From assembly GCA_000165425.1 (NCBI GenBank), contig CT867985.1, positions 620,001 to 684,000 of the forward strand: 64,000 bases of DNA, in the 5' to 3' direction. A program made the position numbers and the translations under genes. Of the stretch, positions 53,664-64,000 are shown one piece after another; position 1 is the first letter of the stretch, and each line of letters begins with the position of its first letter. The DNA comes from Paramecium tetraurelia. Taxonomy: Eukaryota. The notes beneath the pieces are model-generated. The model searched no databases, had not been told where the DNA came from, and saw only the letters and a program-made list of their open reading frames with translations.

Positions 53664-54053
53664 ATGAAAAAAAATTGTAAAACTAGATAATACTCATTTT
53701 AAATTACAATTACTAAAAAAGCCTTTCTAAATTTCAAAAATTAATATTAAGATTAGAAAAGCAAGATTCTGGAATAAAACCAAGGTATCTAATCTAAGCA
53801 TTATCTAGAAGATAACGATTTAACAAAGAGGGACGTAATGGCTATAATTAACCAGCCTGAATAAATGAAGAAAAATACAATTAGCATGTCCAAATTTGAT
53901 AAAAAATTATTAAACTCTCTTAACTAGCTAGAAACCTTTTTAGATCGGTCTGAAAAGGAAGATACTCCTCTCATTCTTGCAAAAAAAGATGAAAATATGT
54001 TTAAATACTTTGTTAATAATGAAGATGATAATGGAACGAGTGTATCAAGTTGA
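53664..54053 (+). CDS. Small hypothetical protein (about 121 aa)
   Basis: MKKNCKTRQYSFQITITKK...; a 24-nt intron (gtatct..tctag) joins it to EDNDLTKRD...LETFLDRSE...SVSS then TGA. Confidence 0.55.
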
Positions 54054-54515
54054 GAATTATTTTCATATTGATTATTAAATAACTCTATAAATCCGCTTAT
54101 AAGAAGTCCAAAGCAAAAGGAACATCATTCTTTAATACTAATTGCGCTTAAATTGATAAAGTAAAAAAACCCATTATTAATTAGTCAAATAAATTAATTC
54201 TAAATAAGGTTTTTAAAATTATGAGACAAATAGAATATAAAACTAATGAATTCTAAAATTGATAAATTATGATTGTTTTCTATATTTTTTGATTATATTT
54301 GTAAATTTGAGGATGAGTTCTTTTTTTCATAGAATGAGAATTATTTCAAATTTAAATTATAAATTTCTTAGGAACATAATATATATAATTTATGATGATT
54401 AAATATCAATATTGGATTAATAGGTGAGATGAAAATGAGAAGATTCAGATATATAATTGGAAATATGTGTGAATGGACAGATATAAATCAATAATTTAAT
54501 ACAATTATTAATTTA

Positions 54516-55577
54516 ATGTATTTTCCGCCAAAAGTGCATCCATTTGAAGAAAATTATATATAGAAAGTGCTAATGGATGTTGAACGAAGCCCATTATTGT
54601 AATATGAAATGGCTCCAGATCTTTAATTATTGTATTTGGTTGTGACATGATTATCTAGTAAATCTTAAAGTTTATTATGTGATGATGATTAGCAATCCCC
54701 ATTTCAAGCAGCTCGAAATCTGCCACTCTAAAGATTCAATTCTGAAGTGTTCCATGACTTTTCAGGATGTCAATAGCAAATAATAGGAGACAATAATAAA
54801 TTTTTGAAATCAAGAAAATTTAGACCTGACTTATCGAAATTCACAGGAGATTTTGAGGTGATTCATCAGATAGGAAGAGGCTCAAAAGGAGTGGTTTATA
54901 AAGTGTTATCAAAAGTTGATGGGTTGTATTATGCAGCTAAAAAAGTGCCGTTGGAGGATAACATTCAGACTTTGACATTGGATGGGTAGGTGCAATTTAA
55001 TTGTTGTTATCAGCATCAAGGATTCTTGTATATTATAATGGAGCATTGTGAGTATTCTTTAAAATAAAGATTGATGCAAAGAGTTTATGAATCTGAAATC
55101 AGATAGATAATAGTGGATGTATGTGAGGCTCTCTAGAATTTCCCTTAGCCCCATTTGCATATACATGGTGGCAATGTATTGCTGAGTAAATAAATGAAAT
55201 ACAAATTAAGTGATTATGGATATTCAAATAATACAGTTCATTAAGCACCTGAGAAGATAAAGAGCAAATTGTCTGATATTTACTAATTGGGCATTTTGTT
55301 GATGGAATTAATGTTAGAGAAAGAGTTAAGTCATATAAGTGCTTTGGTGTTGTAAAAGTTTGATAACTTATCATATTATTCAGTATCGTTGAAATAGTAA
55401 ATTAAAAAAATGGTGTCGATAATTCCAGATCACAGACCTGATATTTAATAATTAATTAATTTTGCAAAAGTGCATTTAGATTAAGAGTTGACTTTACTCC
55501 AAGAGTAGAATGCTGAATTGCAAAAATAAATAGATGAGATAAAACCGAGAGGCAGGAGAAGAATCCATAGTGAATGA
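54516..55577 (+). CDS. Wee1/Myt1-like kinase-fold protein, probable pseudokinase
   Basis: SKFTGDFEVIHQIGRGSKGVVYKVLSKVDGLYYAAKK, LYIIMEHC, PHLHIHGGNVLL, YKLSDYG, QAPE, SDIYQLG. Confidence 0.8.
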
Positions 55578-55631
55578 TTTTAATTAATAGTTATAATCTA
55601 TATTCATAGTTTTTTAAATTATTAAGTTAAA

Positions 55632-58600
55632 ATGTTTAAATCGGATAGATAGAAGTACAATAAGGAAAGAATATTTCCAATAAATGCAACTGGAAAGGTA
55701 GAAAGCGAAGTTTTCCCAACTAATTTCATTAAGACTTCAAAGTATAATATAGTAACATTCTTACCCCTATCTCTGTTGGGTTAATTTCGGAGATATGCGA
55801 ATATCTATTTTCTTTTTATTGCCATAATCCAAAGTTTCCCTATTATATCACCTTTAAATCCGATTTCAGCAATAGCTCCACTCGTATTTGTTTTAGGATT
55901 ATCCATGATAAGAGAAGGTAAATTTCAATGTTATTAAAAAGCTATGGAGGATATAAGCAGACACAAATCTGATAATGAGGTAAATGCGATGGAATGCACC
56001 AAGATTGTGAATAATAAGTAAGTAAAAACAACTTGGGCTGATGTGAGAGTAGGGGATTTGTTGTTTGTGTCTGAAAATGAAATGTTCCCTGCTGATATAA
56101 TAGTATTGACCAGTTATTTTGAGAGTGGGGTTTGTTACATCGAAACTTCATCATTAGATGGTGAGAAGAACCTGAAACCAAAGTCTGCAATCAAAGAAAC
56201 TCAAACCTTATTTCAGTATAAGGAGGTCGATTCAAAAATTTAGATGAGTATGACTGGTAATCAGCAACTCAAAGCTCAGGGCAATCCTCCGACGCCAGCC
56301 TTAGGTGATTTTGAAGGTTCGATTCATTTCCAAAATGGGTCTAAGAAGTATAGAGTCTATAAGTATCAAGAGTTTTGAATGGCAAACAGCTACTATTGAG
56401 AGGAGCATTTCTAAGGAATACAAAATTCATAGTAGGCGTGATAGTCTATACAGGAGAGGACACAAAAATAATGAGAAATGCGGAACCGTCAAGGATAAAA
56501 CAGAGTACTATAGAGGGAGTGATGAACAAGTTGATATTGGGAATATTGGGTGTATAAATCATAGCTTGTGCTTTGTCGGCTGTTTTGTCTTCCTGGTGGT
56601 TGTATAAGTCCTTCAGTAAGCACATCTACATCATCATATCAGAATCAAACTACACTTTGTTATCTGCTATTGCCTTCTTTTCCTTCTTCCTACTTTACAA
56701 CACTATGATACCCATATCTTTAGTGGTATCAATGGAGTTCGTGAAGGTTTTTCAATGTTATTTCATTAACAAAGATTGGGATATGTACTCTTCAAAAAGA
56801 GACAAGTTTGCTAAGGCTCAAACATCAACCATTAATGAGGAACTGGGTTAAGTTGAATATGTCTTCTCTGACAAGACTGGAACATTGACCTGCAATCAAA
56901 TGGAATTCAAATATTGTATAATTGGAGATATTTTGTATGGAAAAAGTGATAAAAGCAAAAATATGACAGAGTCTATTTCAAATAAAAATAATGCGTAACA
57001 AGATCCTGCTCAATTCAAACATTCAGTATTTAATTTTCAAGATCCAATACTTACTGGAATCATTGAAAACAGTCAAGATTGTTAAAGGTATTCTGACTAG
57101 CAAAGGAAATTAATGATCTAATCAACTGATAAGACTACTACACTGGAAATCAAAACATAAAAATAACTGGTTCATGAATATCTCATGTTACTCTCTAGTG
57201 CTCATGAGTGTATAGCATAGAAAGACAAGAATTCTTAAATTGTGTATTAAGGACCTTCTCCAGATGAAATTACATTGGTGGATGCTGCCATGAATTTAGG
57301 GTATAGGTTTGAAGGATAATCTGCAAATGAATAAGAAGTAAGTGATATTATTTGATCTTAGTTTACAATCAAAGGTAAATAAAAAAAAGTAGAACTGCTT
57401 TCTCAATTTGAATTCGATTCCAATAGAAAAAGAATGAGTGTGATCATCAAGGATAATGGAGTTTACAAATTGTACATCAAAGGAGCAGACAGCATCATCA
57501 AAGCTAGACTAAGACCAGACTAACCCTTTTTAGGGTTTATTTAAAATAAGTTGTCAGAATTTAGTACTATTGGATTAAGAACTTTATTGATGGCAATGAA
57601 AATACTATCTGAATAAGAGTACCTTGCCTTTGAGAGACAAAAGGAAGCTCTGGCATCTTCTGAAAATAGAGAATAGGAAAGGGAAGAATTAGCAAATAAC
57701 TTAGAAAAAGATTTGTATCTATTGGGAGCAACTGCAGTTGAGGATAAATTGTAGGATGATGTCCCAGAAACCATCGCAGATTTATTGAAGGCTAATATTA
57801 AGGTTTGGATGCTTACCGGGGATAAATTAGAAACTGCTGAAAATATTGCCAAGAGTTGTCGATTAATTTAACATGATTTCATGGTCATGAAGTATTCAGA
57901 AACTGATCTTAATAAATTAAGAGTTTAATTGTCTGAAAACAAATTGACATATTAAGCTTGCATTAGAGAGAGGAAGAAGAAGTCAGTCCTGGTAGAAGGA
58001 GAAGCTTTGGTCATCTTGACAGCCAATCAATAATTAAAGAGGGAATTCACTAAAATGGCTATGGGTTGTGATAGTGTTGTTTGTTGTAGAGTCACTCCAA
58101 AATAAAAGGCAGAAGTTGTACATTTAGTTAAAAATCTAAACAAAATAACACTAGCTATTGGGGATGGTGCCAATGATGTCAATATGATACAAGAGGCACA
58201 TATAGGAATAGGTTTATATGGCAATGAAGGAATGAGAGCTGTCCAAAGTAGTGATTATGCTTTAGGAGAATTTAGATTCTTGTGGAAACTCTTGTTAATA
58301 CATGGCAATTGGTCATACATCAGAATTTCAGAAATGATTCTCTACTTCTTCTACAAGAACATGATTTTCACTGTTCCTTAGTTTTTGTTCTCTTTTTATA
58401 GTGCCTATAGTGCCTAAACCTATTTTGATGACTGGTATATCACCTTCTATAATTTGTTCTTTACTTCCCTTCCTTTGATTGCCAGAGCCACCTTGGATAG
58501 GAAGTGTCTATTACAAAAATCAATGTAAGAAATCAAGACTACACTGACATTTATAAGAAATCAACTCAATATCTTAAAGGTAAGTTCCCTCTGCTTTATT

Positions 58601-59510
58601 CGGTTGGCCAAAAGTAAACTATATTCACCCTATCCAATTTTATATTCTGGTGGGGCCAAGGATTTATCCATGGAGTATTTGTCTTCTTCATTACATATGC
58701 CTGCTTTGATACAGAATTTGTTAATATCGAAGGATAAAATGCTGGTTTTGCTACCCTTTCGATCACAGCATATACTGCAATCATTTTTGTATTTTTATTT
58801 CACTTATCTCCTAGATTGTTGATATTAAAATTGCACTTTACACTAAATTCTGGACTTGCGTTAATGTGATCACACTTCTCTTATTTTCTGTTGGAATTTA
58901 CATCGCATACTTTTTTGTCTCCAACTACTTTAGAGGAACCTACTCAGAGTTTACGCCTATCTACCTAATTCAATCTCCCACCTTTTATTTGATTATCGCA
59001 CTACTTAACTGCATTGTGTTTATATTTGATTTGGTGATCAATGCAGTACTGCATGAATTTTATTCAACTGAAACTGATAAAATCATCAAATGGAGGAGGG
59101 AGTTCAAGGAAATAGCAAGAGAAGGCAATGTCCTATAGAAGATTGAAATGATGCAATAAGGGAAAAGAGAAAATGGACAGAGAGATTGGGGAGACACCTT
59201 CTATGAGTAAATCCTCGATGAGAGATTGAAATCAGAGAGAGACCAAAATATTTTTGATGAACAATAAGCTATTCTGGATTCCAAAGCCTAGCATTATGCC
59301 ACATCTCCAGTAAATCTTGATAACAGCGACTAAAGCAATAGACAATTTCATCAAAGAACAGAATTACAACAAATACCCCATCCTCTTCAAAATAACAATG
59401 CCAAAATTATCAATTATTAAATGACGAAACAACAATAATAAAATTTTAACAATGTAAATGAAGATAGCAAAATAAATCATCCTCAGCAATAAAAGATGTA
59501 TGTTAGATGA
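55632..59510 (+). CDS. P4-ATPase phospholipid flippase (ATP8/Drs2-like)
   Basis: [89 protein letters not shown]. Confidence 0.96.
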
Positions 59511-59819
59511 AAATAAATTGACATTAATTAAATAATCTATAAAGCATTTATTTCTATTATCACTATGAAAAAATTTAAACTATAATAGCAATATAGATAT
59601 TTTTATTAATTTCTAATAAATCTTTTATTGTTCGGTATTATAAAATTGCTAATATTTTAAAATAAATTCAAAAAATATATATTCTAATTAAACTAAATGA
59701 GTTCATAATCCAAAGTATATTTTTTTAAATTGTCTTATTTTTTTCCGATTTAAACATCCTCTCACTCTCTAAATTATTTAAATTCTTCAAATTTTGATTA
59801 TTTTAGATTAATTTTGATA

Positions 59820-62800
59820 ATGATTAATTTAATCAGCATTACTCTCTTATTTTGGTTAGCAGTAACTCAATATAAATTAATTCTTCAAGGCCCAGCCTCA
59901 AAAAAGATGAACTGCAAATAACTCGATAAAGGTATTAAATTAATATTATCTAGGTGATAATGGATTTATAGGCTCATAGTATTTTTACGAAAAACTTTCC
60001 AATTATGGTTAAAATACTAACTTGGATAAAATTACCTTTCGCTTGTGGTTTATGGTCTATTCAAAAATGAGATTACCAGGTAAACAAATACTGTTCGCCT
60101 TTTTAGATGGTTACGATATTGATTCTGTAATGGCATTTACTATCATAGTATATTAATCTGATGGTTTACTTTAATCTTGAGTCATCAAATTATTCATTGT
60201 ATGTTTTAAATGAAAAAGTCAATCCAGAAGTGATGAGCATACTGGTGGATTAGTAAATATAAATAATATTAGAGATAAAAGGATTTTTTTATAGGGTACT
60301 GGAATTATCTTTTGATCTCAATAGATTAGACGAGTGGGGATGCATTTTTGAATTTAAAACTTTTTAGCACTTACAATTATCAACTCCAATAGGTTTTGGA
60401 TGCGTTGCCATCATAAAAGTATGTAATAGCAATTTAAATTATAGGTTAAATTTTAGATTTGGTGTACATTCTAGGATAACAAATGAATAATTATTTCAAA
60501 AAATAGAAGACTACAAAGCCTGTGTGTATGTCGCTAATTTTGAATATATCAATGGATGGGCAACAATGGACAAGGAAATATATGTTTAGGATTAAATAGA
60601 CTTGAAGTATTCTCTGAAGCCATACTAGAGTGAAGGATTAATTATTGATTCTTAATTTATCAATGTAAAACTGAGATAGCAAACTAATATTGAATATAGT
60701 GGGATTATAGGTTTAAACATTTATAAAGATACTAGAATTCTGTATGACTTTTAGGATAAAATGGATTCATTTAGTATTATATTTTGGATGAAGCCTTAAT
60801 AAATAGTGTCAAATTTTAAGCTAATTTCATTTACTGATGAATTTATAAAACTAATAAGTCTAGGATTTGGTGTTAATTAAAACTATGCTTTTATGGTATA
60901 CTAAAACGATAATTAAATAAACATTGGGGATTTGAGTCCCAATTAATGGAAACATATTACGATAGGGATATTAGAAATATCGAGAAATCAATACTTTAAG
61001 GCAACCAATTCTGTAAAGATGATGAAGATCTACATTGATGATTAGATGGTATATTTGTAATAAATTTACAATTTCAAATGGTATAAAAGTTTATTAATTG
61101 GCCCATTATTATTGGAAAGTAGAGGTTAAGAGGTGATTGATATTCAAGATTTAAGGATTTTTAATGGATATGGCATCTCTGAATCCTCAGGAGACTGTAA
61201 ACTATTTGCAGGACTATATTGTGCATTCTGCAAATCATAGACACATTATTGCAAAGAATAAGATCCATTAGATGATATTAACATTTATGAATGTCCTGCA
61301 GGATATAAATTAGAGAATGGATATTGTAAACCAATTCCAATAGCATTATGTTTGAGATAAAGTGGAGGCAATTGTGTTGAATGTGATAAAAATGCAATTC
61401 TTTCTTAAGGAATATGTCAAATATAAACATAGTTGAATAGAGTATCTATTTATCCATGCTCAGGAAAAGATGTAGTATTATGTTAGACAACTGACATTGT
61501 AAAAAGTTAAATACTCACATCTGTATAACGAGCACGATTGTGTAGTTCTAACTTATATAATACAAAATATGAATGTGCTGGTAGTTAGGTTCTGTCATGC
61601 AAATATTCTTATTATTCAGGACTATGTTTTGAGTGTAAGGATTCATATTACTTAACAGAATTGAAGATTTGTGTATCAACATGTTTTAAAAACAAAGCAG
61701 ACAGATTCAATTACATAAATAAATGTGTTAAGGATTGTCCATATAAGTATATATTCAATCACCCTTGTCCAGTAGATGGAGGAAAAGAACCTGATTTAGT
61801 TTGTTCGCTAACTCCTGATTGTCAAGCTGATGAAATAGACCTTGGATACACTTGTCTATCTGGTAGTTAAAAGGAAGTGGGTAAGTCTGTAGGTTGCAGA
61901 CCCCTATTAGCCTCTAAATATGCTCCAAATTAGCCATTGATTTGCCATCCTTCATGCAAATATTGTTTTGGAACAACTTATAGATAATGTTTAGGTTGTT
62001 ATGAAGGGATGTATTTTACTCCTTATCTTGGGATGTGCTTGTAAAATTGTTCTGAAGAAAGAGACAATCTATTTATCTACCATAATTCTAAGATTTGGAA
62101 ATGTGAATTAAAATGTCCATCAAATTTATTAACATAGGGTGACATATGTGTACAATCTTGTTATGATGGATACTAAGCTCAAGATGGAATATGTAAAAGT
62201 GTTAGCTCTGTCAGTGAATACTTTTTAGAGAGTAAAATAATTGAGATAGAAGGAGTCAGTACAACACTGTATTCTTGGAAATACTGTCCTTAATTATGCA
62301 ATTCTTGTTAAAATAATACCATATGCAAAACTTGCATTAATAAATATCCATTTGAAAATGATGTATGCAAAATCAGTTGTTTCCCAAGATTCGCTCTAAA
62401 AACAAAGTCTCTCTCCAGTTGTAAGGATTAATGCAACCCGGATGAACTTACATTTTGGAATGATGACTTGTTTGGTTACTAAATAGCAGAATGCTTTTAA
62501 AGGAAATGTGGGGAAATAGAAGCCGATTAAATATACTAGTCTTTCCTCCATTAGAATGACAATACAAGATGTGTGTATCCATGTGACGATGGATATTATG
62601 GTAATCTATAATCTCTTTTATGTAAACCATGTTTAGTCTCTTGTGCAACTTGTATAGATCAGTCTTATATTTGTACTTAATGCTAACCTTTGTTATTTTT
62701 AAAAGGATCAACCTGTTTAACAACTTGTGGATAAAGTTTCAAAAACTATATGAATTGGCATTGTGAAACAGAATGTTCTTCAGGATACACAATTGCAGAT

Positions 62801-64000
62801 TCTACAAACAACTTATATGCTTGTGTTGAATAGTGTGGATAATTATATGCTACTTATTTATATGTATGGAGAGGACAATGTTATGAAAATATTTCTGGTG
62901 TTTCTGCATTCTGTATCAACTACTAATGTGAAGATTGCCATTCTTAATGCAAATAATGTTAAGGTCCAAATTCTAATGATTGTCTGGCTTGTTATTAGAA
63001 TTCCTATTTACTAAGTAATGAATGTGTACAAGATTGTGGGAGTCTTAAGTATGATTAAATAAACTGGAGATGTGTGGAAGAATGTCCCCTTGAATCAAAG
63101 CAATCTTCAGGTATGTCATTAATCTTAAACCATTAAATAACCGTATGTGGACTAACATGTTTATTTGAGACATTCTAATTTAGAGATGAATGTTATACTC
63201 AATAACCTATAGAGACATTTTGTTTGCAAAGAACTGATTATTAATATTGTGAACTCTGCTCATCCCTTTGTACAATATGTAGTTCCTCTTCTTCATCAAA
63301 TTGTTAAGAATGTATTCCTACTGCATTTAAATATGGAACTAGTTGTTTTATGGAATGTCCAGATGAAGCTCCCTTAAAAGATGTAGTGAATAAATAGTGT
63401 GTTGCTTCATGCTCATCTGGATTTTCTGAAGATGGATATTGTGTTGATTATTGCTAGACCATTTCATACAGATACTTATAAAAAAATGCTTGTTATACAG
63501 TTGCATGTCCCATTGGTACATTTAATGAAGTAGGATCCAAAATTTGTTAAGAATGTTATACTGGCTGTGCTACTTGTTTTGGAAGTAGTTAGAGTGAATG
63601 TTTGAGTTGTGTTGCTGGGTATTTCATAGATCAAGAAACTTTATGCAGTGACTCTTGTTTAATAGAACCTAATGTCATTGAAGATTTGATCAATCGAAGA
63701 TGTGTTTAATTCTGTCCCATAGATTCATTTTTATAATAATTAACTAATGGTCACTATGGATGTAAGGAAACATGTCCAGAATATTACTATTCTAATATTT
63801 GTGTTTCCTCTTGTCCATCTTAGACCTATCAAGATGGTTTAGCCTGCATTAGCTGTGCATCTCCTTGTTCAGTTTGTTTTGGAAGAGATGTAACACAATG
63901 TAATAAATGCGATATAGGGTATTATTTATATGAGACAACCTGTTACTTAGATTGTCCAGATCAGATTCCTTATGGAAATATTTAAGATTAAACATGTGTA
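59820..64000 (+). CDS. Giant cysteine-rich surface/secreted protein with furin-like repeats (3' truncated)
   Basis: Signal peptide MINLISITLLFWLAVTQ; beta-rich N-terminal region; dense CxxC repeats (CHPSCKYCFG, CHSQCKQCQGPNSNDCLAC, CYTGCATCFG) running to the window end. Confidence 0.85.

Overview
AT-rich, very gene-dense eukaryotic DNA from a ciliate macronuclear chromosome, most consistent with Paramecium. TAA/TAG must be read as Gln, TGA is the only stop, genes carry tiny (about 22-30 nt) GT..AG introns, and intergenic gaps can be as short as 24-60 bp. The supplied ORF track uses the standard code and is mostly misleading. Manual translation with the ciliate code supports about 37 protein-coding genes. 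They include a CNBD K+ channel, TRM61, an active CAMK-group kinase, three apparent pseudokinases (CDPK-, CK1- and Wee1-like), an ABCG transporter, a DHHC palmitoyltransferase, PACRG, a gamma-carbonic-anhydrase-like protein, a COQ11-like SDR, an R2R3-MYB, a Rab, PP6, HPPD, CDC50, a P4-ATPase and a giant Cys-rich surface protein. No tRNA, rRNA, CRISPR, transposon or telomeric repeat was seen. The most notable observations are a full-architecture homologue of the plant microtubule minus-end protein SPIRAL2/TORTIFOLIA1, a signal-peptide-bearing 2H phosphodiesterase, a CCHC zinc knuckle on the K+ channel tail, a CC2D1/Lgd-like DM14+C2 protein, two secreted proteins sharing a Cys-containing beta/gamma-crystallin-like C-terminus, and close linkage of CDC50 with a P4-ATPase. 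All family calls come from motif recognition by eye, not database searches. CDS coordinates include introns.
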